A DNA stretch of 64,000 nucleotides, taken from positions 705,766-769,765 of the forward strand of contig NMRA01000034.1 of the NCBI GenBank assembly GCA_002633005.1, written 5' to 3'. The position numbers and the translations under genes were made by a program. This DNA comes from Phoronis australis (Eukaryota; Animalia; Phoronida). Below the pieces are notes generated by a model. The model was not told the DNA's origin. It searched no databases and saw only the letters and a program-made list of their open reading frames with translations. Shown here in pieces: positions 56,501 through 64,000 of the stretch (position 1 is its first letter; every line of letters begins with the position of its first letter).

Positions 56501-58912
56501 TTGCTAAAAATTGCGTCTACTGAAGTTACTGAATCTAAAACCTTTTGTGAGCCCCTATGATAAAAAAATCTGCACCCTAATCATCACAACTGCTCCCCCT
56601 TGAGGTTCCCCTGTTGCAATAAGGCGGAGCCCTTAATTTGCTAGAGGCCCCAAGCTGTAGTTTAGTTAGCTTAATGGATAATCCAACATTGCCTTGCGGA
56701 TGTTTGTTACAGGGCTATGAGACGCGTGTGGGAGACAAGGGGACACAACTCTCAGGTGGCCAGAAGCAGCGTGTTGCCATTGCACGCGCCTTATTACGCA
56801 ACCCCAAAGTATTATTATTGGATGAAGCTACAAGTGCCCTTGACACCGAGAGTGAGAAGGTGGGTTGTTTCGTTTTCTATATCTCTTGAATAAGTGGGGG
56901 GTTCCCATAAGTTCATACTCATCATGGTGGATTAAAAATCCACATTTGGCAAAAATTTTGTTTTGTGGACCAGTCATCTCTGTGCCACAGTACATGCAAT
57001 CAAAACGGACAATAGTTGCCCGTTCATGGCTTGGTGTCTAATTGTTGCTCTGGAAATTGAACACGAAATTGTTCCTACCATGCAGCCTTCTTACGATGGT
57101 TTGGTGCAAATGTTAAATAAATGTTTGCTATTGTTCATGTGTGATTTTATAGCCCAAGTCTGCACTTGAGTAAGAACTCAAATCTTGAGTAGAAATGCAA
57201 GATTTTAAGTTAAAAGGCGTTCTCCCGTTCAGTGGCTTTACCAGACGTAGAGGGTTGTGAGCGTGTGATAACATCTAGCTCCTTTGGTAACTGCCACGCA
57301 CTGGTTTGACAACAGGCAGGCTAATTATCTACCAGGCTTATTACAGATCAGGTGTGAACACAGTCAAACCCAAAGCGAACTGGTACGTTCGGAAAGAATA
57401 GATTGTGGTAACTTCGGTTATAGGTGGGCGATTTTGGCGATTCAAAAACTCAATATCATCAGTATTTGACGAGCAATTCAGAAATGCTATTGCTTTATGT
57501 TCAAATATGTTATAACTTAACTTTTATTTTTAACAGCACAGCTCAATCAGGCTAGGTATGATCTTATTGGAGATTAGAGCAATTATCGAACAAAAGAGAG
57601 CTGGCCCTTCATCCATCAATGCCAGAATGGAGTTAATCAGTCGTGTAAGATATTAGCTACAGAGGTACACTTCCCAACTTGTTGTTGGGCTATAGAATCG
57701 AACAAGTTGTGGTCAATGGGAAAACGCCGTAATGTTGAACTTATAACTTTAATGCTCAGGTCATCAAGTGCAAACTAGGATTTTACAGTCATCAACGAAT
57801 TTCATTCAAAGAATAATAGACTGGTATTGTGAATTCACATAAGATCGGAAAATTGCTAAAAATAATAAAGTTGGATTTCGAGTGCAAAGATTATACCCTG
57901 GGCCCTGATTGTTTGTGTAATAGATTTTCTTGTGACTGGCTCAGGGATTTGTTTCTTTCTGAGAGATGAAATTTATCACGTCATTTGTAATGTGCATTCT
58001 TATGTCACGCACACTTAAGTGGCTGCAGACCCGCGTTCTCAGCTTGATCCGTTCTCACATAAGAACTGTTGCCGCATACGACAGTTCATTAGTTCTCGAG
58101 ATTATGTTTGTTGAATGAAATGAGACGTCATGACAAGTCAACTTGTAGAGCCAGGTCTCAAGTAGCAACGAACTGTCAATTAGTACTTCCAAGACAAGAA
58201 ATCCCAATATTTTGACCAAGGAGCAGTTCTTGGCCATTTTTATGTTGGCAAGTGTTCTGAATCAATTTTTTATCATGGAAGCAGGTTTATTGCCGCTTTA
58301 AGTTTCTGTGTGCTCTTGACGGGCATGTTTTGTGCAAAATGCTACTTAAGACAAAGTTACTATACCAGACTGTTGAACTTTCATTCTGCGGTTCAGTTTC
58401 TGTTCCTGACAGCAACGATACTGAAAATAAGTAGCGATATGACTGTGCTCCATTGTTAAGTACTCCAGGTAACCTATTGTCTGCGACCACAACTCAGGCC
58501 AATTATCCAACACTGTTGTCTTGTAAGAGTTACCTTAAACCAAACTTAATCAGTCACACATGGTTTAGGGGCCAAAGGCTGGACAACTTTCTTGTTGATA
58601 AGCTGAAGACAACAAGTATCGCTGATCGAGTGACAGTGGAAATTACTTTAATTTTTATTTCCCGTCTTGCTGTAAATGCAGATTGTACAAGAAGCTCTCG
58701 ACAAAGCGAGAGCCGGAAGGACATCCATTGTTATTGCCCACCGCCTGTCGACGATTCAGAGTGCGGACAAGATAGCAGTCATCTTTAATGGCCGGGTGGT
58801 TGAACAGGGAACTCATCAAAGTCTGATGAAGGCAGAGGGTTTCTACCACAGTCTGCAGACAGTGCAGGAAGGATCACACGAGAAACTGGACGGGCCAACA
58901 TCTGAATTATAG
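32360..58912 (+). CDS. ABCB1: Full-length ABC transporter subfamily B, P-glycoprotein/MDR1-like (TMD1-NBD1-linker-TMD2-NBD2); 24 identified coding exons, 5'-incomplete
   Basis: Exons joined at GT-AG sites give one open frame of 3855 nt ending in TAG. Walker [10 protein letters not shown] and GSSGCGKST; Q-loops SQEP and LQEP; [16 protein letters not shown] and AHRLST each twice. The symbol means ABCB1-like; orthology not tested. Confidence 0.96.
33124..33227 (+). CDS. ABCB1: ABCB1-like exon 2 (ECL1, start of TM2)
   Basis: tgtag|G...ATAG|gtatga; [34 protein letters not shown]; phase 2 in and phase 1 out fit the neighbours. Confidence 0.88.
33453..33624 (+). CDS. ABCB1: ABCB1-like exon 3
   Basis: ttcag|...|gtgagt; [28 protein letters not shown]...RQEIGWFD...LNSRLV. 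Confidence 0.95.
33905..34076 (+). CDS. ABCB1: ABCB1-like exon 4
   Basis: tccag|...|gtaagc; [14 protein letters not shown]...[24 protein letters not shown]. Confidence 0.95.
35118..35242 (+). CDS. ABCB1: ABCB1-like exon 5
   Basis: tgtag|...|gtatgg; [41 protein letters not shown]. Confidence 0.95.
36111..36288 (+). CDS. ABCB1: ABCB1-like exon 6 (TM5, ECL3)
   Basis: tgcag|...|gtgaga; [16 protein letters not shown]...[26 protein letters not shown]. Confidence 0.95.
36423..36922 (+). repeat. ~500-bp interspersed repeat, copy A (intron after exon 6)
   Basis: Reverse complement matches 57217-57734, e.g. tagcccaacaacaagttgggaag and agctagatgttatcacacgctcacaaccctct. Confidence 0.9.
37549..37662 (+). 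CDS. ABCB1: ABCB1-like exon 7 (TM6)
   Basis: ttcag|...|gtgaga; [38 protein letters not shown]. Confidence 0.95.
38364..38474 (+). CDS. ABCB1: ABCB1-like exon 8 (A-loop of NBD1)
   Basis: ttcag|...|gtagga; [37 protein letters not shown]. Confidence 0.95.
39063..39188 (+). CDS. ABCB1: ABCB1-like exon 9 (Walker A, NBD1)
   Basis: tacag|...|gtaagt; [42 protein letters not shown]. Confidence 0.97.
40322..40525 (+). CDS. ABCB1: ABCB1-like exon 10 (Q-loop, NBD1)
   Basis: cccag|...|gtacag; [30 protein letters not shown]...[12 protein letters not shown]. Confidence 0.97.
41406..41576 (+). CDS. ABCB1: ABCB1-like exon 11 (signature, Walker B, NBD1)
   Basis: ttaag| (AAG acceptor) ...|gtgaga; [27 protein letters not shown]...[24 protein letters not shown]. 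Confidence 0.96.
41879..42053 (+). CDS. ABCB1: ABCB1-like exon 12 (H-loop, NBD1)
   Basis: tctag|...|gtaagt; [54 protein letters not shown]. Confidence 0.96.
43129..43585. mobile_element. Young fold-back MITE with ~165-bp near-perfect TIRs and TTAA flanks (Kolobok/T2-MITE-like); centre broken by N43415
   Basis: TTAA|AGGCGAAGGCAACC ... GGTTGCCTTCGCCT|TTAA. Confidence 0.85.
43646..43916. mobile_element. TTAA-flanked MITE
   Basis: ttaaggttatgtagg ... ccgtatgtaaccttaa imperfect TIR. Confidence 0.55.
45237..45412 (+). CDS. ABCB1: ABCB1-like exon 13 (linker)
   Basis: tgcag|...|gtttgt; [14 protein letters not shown]...[26 protein letters not shown]; phase 1 in, phase 0 out; basic-Ser motifs typical of the P-gp linker. 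Confidence 0.85.
45767..46275. mobile_element. CpG-rich MITE-like insertion
   Basis: cagggcttggaataat ... ttattaagctt ends, repeated (cc)gcggaaa motifs, CpG-rich patch inside a CpG-poor intron. Confidence 0.45.
46839..46985 (+). CDS. ABCB1: ABCB1-like exon 14 (TM7)
   Basis: tgcag|...|gtgcag; [49 protein letters not shown]. Confidence 0.94.
47490..47672 (+). CDS. ABCB1: ABCB1-like exon 15 (TM8)
   Basis: tccag|...|gttggg; [11 protein letters not shown]...[20 protein letters not shown]. Confidence 0.95.
48391..48474 (+). CDS. ABCB1: ABCB1-like exon 16
   Basis: cgtag|...|gtattg; [28 protein letters not shown]. Confidence 0.96.
49306..49509 (+). CDS. ABCB1: ABCB1-like exon 17 (TM9-10)
   Basis: gacag|...|gtaact; [32 protein letters not shown]...[10 protein letters not shown]. 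Confidence 0.95.
50655..50755 (+). CDS. ABCB1: ABCB1-like exon 18
   Basis: tgcag|...|gtaggt; [33 protein letters not shown]. Confidence 0.93.
51628..51786 (+). CDS. ABCB1: ABCB1-like exon 19 (TM11, ECL6)
   Basis: tgcag|...|gtgagt; [52 protein letters not shown]. Confidence 0.94.
53234..53390 (+). CDS. ABCB1: ABCB1-like exon 20 (TM12)
   Basis: ttcag|...|gtaagt; [43 protein letters not shown]. Confidence 0.95.
54205..54402 (+). CDS. ABCB1: ABCB1-like exon 21 (Walker A, NBD2)
   Basis: ttcag|...|gtatgt; [15 protein letters not shown]...[24 protein letters not shown]. Confidence 0.97.
54780..54986 (+). CDS. ABCB1: ABCB1-like exon 22 (Q-loop, NBD2)
   Basis: tccag|...|gtaagt; [30 protein letters not shown]...[12 protein letters not shown]. 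Confidence 0.97.
56713..56859 (+). CDS. ABCB1: ABCB1-like exon 23 (signature, Walker B, NBD2)
   Basis: tacag|...|gtgggt; [49 protein letters not shown]. Confidence 0.97.
57217..57734 (-). repeat. ~500-bp interspersed repeat, copy B, inverted (last intron)
   Basis: See copy A; interrupts an older repeat also seen at ~44270-44377 and ~52560-52712. Confidence 0.9.
58682..58912 (+). CDS. ABCB1: ABCB1-like terminal coding exon (H-loop, NBD2, stop)
   Basis: tgcag|[31 protein letters not shown]...GPTSEL*. Confidence 0.96.
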   Translation: MVQEALDKARAGRTSIVIAHRLSTIQSADKIAVIFNGRVVEQGTHQSLMKAEGFYHSLQTVQEGSHEKLDGPTSEL

Positions 58913-59247
58913 AGGGGTTGACTGTCACGAGTAGTGAACTAGGGTCACAACTGGAGTTAAGTAAGTGCTCGTGCTGTGGCAGTTTGTAGTTTTCAAAAAG
59001 TCTTCTTTGTTGGTAAAATATGAAGCAGAAACTGTCTAGTTTTCAATTGTGTTATTTTTCATCTGGCTCCTTTATTAAGTTTTTGCCACGTATTTGTAGA
59101 TCCTAATTTTCATGAAAGCAAGTTTCATTAGACGATTGTGGATTTGGAAGGTTTTGTAGTGCACCTTTATGGATCAGAATCGAAGTAAAAGTGGAAATTT
59201 TGTTGTTTAAAGTTTCTACATAAGTTCATCAGGATGCCTGGTGTATG

Positions 59248-59465
59248 AGTAAATACATTTCATGCTTTGCACCTTAAGATAAATTGAAAAAATTACCAGG
59301 AATTGGCTTCTCAAATAACATGGCTGAAGCCTTCATCAGTGTGACATGTTGCCGCTAGGTGTAAGGTATCACACTGATGAAGGCTTCAGTCATTTTATCC
59401 GAGAAGCCGAAATATCTGGTATTTTTTTCAATATATTTGGATGCAAAAGATGAAATGCATTTACT
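59248..59465. repeat. Imperfect inverted repeat, arms ~97 bp (59248-59344 and 59369-59465), 24-nt spacer
   Basis: ctgaagccttcatcagtgtga versus tcacactgatgaaggcttcag; agtaaatacatttcat versus atgaaatgcatttact. Confidence 0.9.
59365..59423 (+). ncRNA. Minimal type-I hammerhead ribozyme motif (Penelope/retrozyme style) in predicted ABCB1 3'UTR
   Basis: CTGATGA 59374-80, extra A, stem II GGCTTC 59382-87 / GAAGCC 59403-08, GAAA 59409-12, TATC 59413-16 (palindromic ATAT, AUC cleavage triplet); stem I short and bulged. Confidence 0.7.
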
Positions 59466-59483
59466 TAGTACTTAAGTTGCTTC

Positions 59484-59578
59484 GTCTGCGAGCATTCGTA
59501 GTAATTCATTAACAGTGGGTATATTGCTATTGTCTGCGAGTATTCGTAGTTATTCCTTAACGCTGGGTATATTGCTAT
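59484..59578. repeat. 48-bp tandem duplication in the predicted 3'UTR
   Basis: gtctgcgag(c/t)attcgtagt...gggtatattgctat twice. Confidence 0.85.
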
Positions 59579-60839
59579 AGGCGTCAAGTTGGTATTCTAG
59601 CTTTTGTCGTTAGGAATTGAGCCAATAGTCAATCCTGTCTTCCGTGGCTCTTAGTTATACAATTACCACAATTACAAAATCGATACTACAAAACAACTTG
59701 AATTATTTTTAAACATTTGCTTTTTATCTTGTGTTTGAATCTAGTCGTTTGGAAGACACCATGGGAATAACTAGGGTTTTCTCAGGAAATGCCAGTGCAA
59801 GTGCCTGTGTGTATAGTCCAATTTGTTTTCGTTGACATTCTCATTTCTCACCACAAATAATTTGATGTAATGAGTCTCTTGTTTTTGTTGAAGGAGAACG
59901 TTGTGCCTTAATCATTTGATTTCTGTGCCAGTAGAATTGAAACAGTAACATCAAGCTAGTTTTTTTTACACATTTATGTGGTTTATATATGAATTTTTAT
60001 GTGTTACGTCTTATTTGAAATTATGTTTACATGTTGTTATGAAAGTGTAGCAGCTGACTCACCTGCAGGTGATTCTGAATTGAGCTCATTTTAAAGTCAG
60101 ACCGTTAGTTTTAACCCTTGCGACAATCTAAATTTTCTTTGAATTACCATACTCGTCTGGTTAATAGCCATGCTTGGCTTACGACCTGTCCCCAATTCCT
60201 ACTATCGAGGCTTCTCTTTACAAGTGCCAGTCTTCGTGAATGTTCGTCACATCAGAATTTCAGCTAAAAAGTATCCGCTTACCTTGGAGTGTTTAGCAGA
60301 TCAGCAGAATCTTACCCGCACTGGCCTGCTCTTTACTGAAGGAGATATGAAATGGTTATTTTGGATTGCGCTCTTTTTAACGCCGTATGCAATGAGCTGT
60401 ACAACTGATCTCATTGATTGTGTGCGAAAATGGTGAATACATTTGGAAGAGCAGTGCAAAACTAGACTCGATAAGCGTAATTCTTGCATTACATTTAAAG
60501 ATATTCTGTATAAAAAGTGAGGACATGCTACTGAACTACTATGCTTGATTAACTCCTTATTACAATGTCTTCAATCCGCCGATGTTTACCGTATGGGTTG
60601 CTTGAATTAGCACCCATCCCAGACTTCTCAAAAGGTTTGCTTTTAAGCACCTATGCTTAGCTCAACGATTTTGATTTTTGAGTTCTCAATCTAACCGCTT
60701 CTGTCGGTTACCCAGACGAGTATGATACAGCTTTTGGTACAGCTTTACCATAATTTTTTATTTTGTTGTATTTGTTGTTAACGGTTATTAAGTATTAAGA
60801 CTAAATACACTTGTTATCGTAAGTGAATGTAATATTATT

Positions 60840-60845
60840 AATAAA
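60840..60845 (+). terminator. Candidate polyadenylation signal of the ABCB1-like gene (3'UTR about 1.95 kb)
   Basis: AATAAA followed ~15-35 nt later by a GT/T-rich tract (tgtgctgctttgtgtgtc); the + strand turns from T/G-rich to A/C-rich shortly after. Confidence 0.55.
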
Positions 60846-62282
60846 ACATTTCTGAAAATGTGCTGCTTTGTGTGTCGTACCTCAACTGTACTTCACTTAC
60901 CGTTACAAACTCGCACTGTGGAATGAGTATAACAACATCAATGATCAGCTAGTCAGGATACAGCCATGTCTTTATCAGTTTGATACCAATAGCAAAGTTG
61001 GTAAACCATTGTTTACATAGTCCAGTTATCTCATTGTCTGCTTTCACCTGATAATGTCAAGTAATCCAGCAATTATGTTGTAAATGCTAACTGGTATTTA
61101 AAAACACTTTTTCTAAACGACATTCAACAAATGTCATAAAGAGCATGTGTTTTATATGAAATACTATCAACGGTCGACTTTCAGAGAAATTTGACTTAAA
61201 TTTCACCAGCCGATTCCTTTGTGCGACTGTAAGCTCTGACCCACATACTACCACAGCATTGTGTACCAACACAATAGGTTTGTTTGTCAAGATTAATTCA
61301 AAGTGATACTAGAACAGATCCTGATGTTGGAAATTTCTTGCTTTTAACAGTCCAGGGTAATCGTACGTAACGACAGCAAGATGATTAGACTTGAAAGGGC
61401 ATTTGTCTTCCAGTTATTGTATATGTAAGCATGGCATGTAAAGGTGCAACTTTCTTTAACTTCAAAACTATGCATTCAAGTGCACATGAAGGTTCATCCA
61501 GTATGTTTGAAGCACTTAAAAACATAATCACTACAAAATAGGGACAGTGCAGGCTATAAAATGCATGCAAATATGGGAGATTTGTAAATGACTGTAAACT
61601 GGTAATTTGGTTTACAATCTGGGAAATAACCTTCCCTCAGATTACAAGTGAATGGAAATAAAATGTACAATTCAATATTTTAATATCGTATATGATGTTA
61701 AGTTATTTAAAAGAACAATAGGTTTACTGCATTTTGAGAACCAGTTTTCACCACTGAATAACAGGCATCAAACTGGACAAGCCTTTTAAAACAGACAAGA
61801 CTTGATTATTTCCTATTGTCAAATAGTTTATCTGAAACTGTCAGTGCTACTGATCAGATTCCGAAATATTCCACCAATCACAATGCTCTTATTGCTCAGA
61901 AGTCTAAGGCTGATTGGACATTAAATTTCATTGATGACCAACATAAAACAACTGAGCTTTTTACACATAACACGAGCTGTCATTCACTCAAAAGATTGTG
62001 GGATGGTAGTCATCCAAAACAGCACTGCCAGTAAACCTAGAGTTATGATCTATACATGTACTGCCATTACATGAAAGGGAGTCGTGCTTCTTGGGTGTGT
62101 AGGCCACATTTCATGAGTGCCAGGACACGTTGATGAGTCAGTGAGCTGTGTTTACAGGACATCGAAACAGGAGCACAGCAGTTTACAGTGGCACAGAAAC
62201 GGGAACACAACAGGCTTTTCACAGAGATACAAAAGCGGTGTTACGGTATACAGCTGACTGCCGGGAAAACAAGGCTGAACAT

Positions 62283-62339
62283 TCAGACATCCGGAGGCGA
62301 GACTTTGTAATCCTCATCGGTTTCAATTCCTATTTCCTC
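62283..62339 (-). CDS. Probable terminal exon of an unidentified convergent gene (best frame EEIGIETDEDYKVSPPDV*)
   Basis: Minus-strand ctttacag| acceptor; joins in phase 0 to the 63043-63088 exon; frame ambiguous. Confidence 0.4.
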   Translation of the reverse strand, partial: EEIGIETDEDYKVSPPDV

Positions 62340-62437
62340 CTGTAAAGTGCAAAGTGTGAGTTAGTGAGCAAATGCATATTGAGCAATAAATTTTACAGTG
62401 TAATAAGAGAACTGTAAATATGAAACAGATAATGGTA

Positions 62438-62548
62438 GCAGTGGCAGGCAACTTCTTGTATCACATGTAAATCCACGTTACACAATGGTTGCAGTGCCGG
62501 GCAACTTCTTGTATCACATGTAAATCCACGTTACACAATGGTTGCAGT
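62438..62548. repeat. 53-bp tandem duplication
   Basis: ggcaacttcttgtatcacatgtaaatccacgttacacaatggttgcagt twice. Confidence 0.9.
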
Positions 62549-63042
62549 AAGAATAACTTTGTTTGCCCCTTTAACATGACTGAAAATTACTGTAATGACA
62601 AAGAAAATTTGAAATCAACTTTTTTACATTGTAATTCAAACTGGTGTTGCTCTGACAATTACGGTGTACTTACATACAACTGTTTCTTTGATTTTGGGTA
62701 ACCCTCTAGTATAGCATCTAGCACATCTTTGCACTGTAACAAGCAACAAAATTCACAATGGACAGAAACATAGTCATGCACGTAAAAACAAGAATCTCTT
62801 GTTGACAACTAACCAGGCTACTTTTAAAGTTAGCCTAATAAAGTTGACCTACTTTCAAACTGAGCATCACGGTAACTACCACTGAATTGTTCAATGTGGC
62901 TTTTATGTTCAACAACTTGAACTTAAAAAGATATTTGCAGTATCTTCAATGAAATGTTACAAACAATGTAGAATACATGAAGCCTGTGGATAACGCGTCA
63001 GAGTTCTCCTTTTCCCACGCAGTCCCCAATGCTGCAAGTTAC

Positions 63043-63088
63043 CATTCTCTTCCTCTTCCTCCATTCCTTGACCAACTTTGACCGGTCG
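63043..63088 (-). CDS. Probable internal exon of the convergent gene (DRSKLVKEWRKRKRM in one frame)
   Basis: Minus-strand tttacag| acceptor and ATG|gtaact donor around a 46-nt purine-rich segment. Confidence 0.45.
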
Positions 63089-64000
63089 CTGTAAATCTAC
63101 AACATAAGTTGGCAAAAAATAAATTCCATTCAACCAATGAGAAGATTGACAGCCACAAAATGGCACCACTGAAACAGTGTCCTACAATGTAGGACTGTTG
63201 TTTCAGTGGTGCCATTTTGTGGCTGTCAAAGGGCTCCTATGTGATTCACTGAATTTCCACAATGTAAGACATATGGGTAAACAGACCCCTGTACTCAAAG
63301 AGCCTTCTATCATGGATATAATGTGAGAACCAGTTTGATGCCTGTTCTTCAGTGGAAAAAAATGGTTCTCCAAATGTGGAAACGTAACACCAGACAATCA
63401 TCTATCATTAGAAACACTTTGTCAATACCGAGTCTTGTTTAAAACCTGATACAGCTAGCAGCAAATAAAAGCAAATACCACCATCACTGTGCCAGTACAC
63501 ATGCATCACACAAAATGATGACTTAACATGTAATCCCTCACTTGGATAATCACCCGGTCCAGAAGGTGACTAGTTAAATGACTCGAGGTCGCTTGTAGCT
63601 CAAAATCAATTCTTATTAACAACATCAACTTTCTCCACAGGCATATTTGCTTTTGAAAGCAACATCTTATCATTTGTTTGAACTGAAATCGACAACAACT
63701 CATCTGGAATTACTGAATAGCCATAATGCCATTGCAGTTGAAACTAACCCACCACGACAAGTACTTTAAAGCCTATCTTCAACAGTAACACAAGTAAATT
63801 TTGTTCCTGTAGTATGTTAAGAGTATTGATCTGAGCCCACTAGTGCCATAAATTGCCAAATGTAACGAACTGTTAGACGTATTGGCTTGCTTTTGTCGAA
63901 GTCACCACGACAATAACTTTTTAATTCAAACAGCTGCGAATATCACCCGCACGCAATGGTGTTCTATTCAGACCCCTATTCAATACAACCTTTTGTTGTT

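Noticed and set aside
59205-59238. Minus-strand CTGATGA...GAAAC next to the hairpin
   Set aside because: No convincing stem II or stem I.
59292-59344. Minus-strand hammerhead in the left arm
   Set aside because: CUGAUGA and stem II are present but GAAA is replaced by AATT, so it is predicted inactive.

Overview
AT-rich, intron-rich eukaryotic (animal, probably invertebrate) genomic DNA. Its main feature is one + strand, full-length P-glycoprotein/ABCB1-like ABC transporter gene. I traced 24 GT-AG coding exons by hand from 32360 to the stop at 58912 (3855 nt, 1284 aa, phases consistent, two canonical NBDs). The ATG-bearing 5' exon(s) are not resolved. A candidate polyA signal lies at 60840, and the last exons of a probable convergent - strand gene lie at about 62.3-63.1 kb. 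The rest is intron or intergenic DNA with decayed mobile elements (L2/CR1-group LINE ends, a Penelope-like GIY-YIG remnant, TTAA-flanked Kolobok-like elements, one with a THAP remnant, and small MITEs), tandem repeats and five single-N assembly joins (961, 8191, 8945, 29954, 43415). The most notable observation is an intact minimal hammerhead-ribozyme core in the sense strand of the predicted ABCB1 3'UTR, base-pairable with a core-damaged antisense copy of itself in a ~220-nt hairpin. A second minimal hammerhead with inverted flanks lies at 19.6 kb. The transporter also lacks all three pocket glutamines equivalent to human Q347/Q725/Q990. Everything was read by eye with no searches run, and comparisons with human ABCB1 are from memory.
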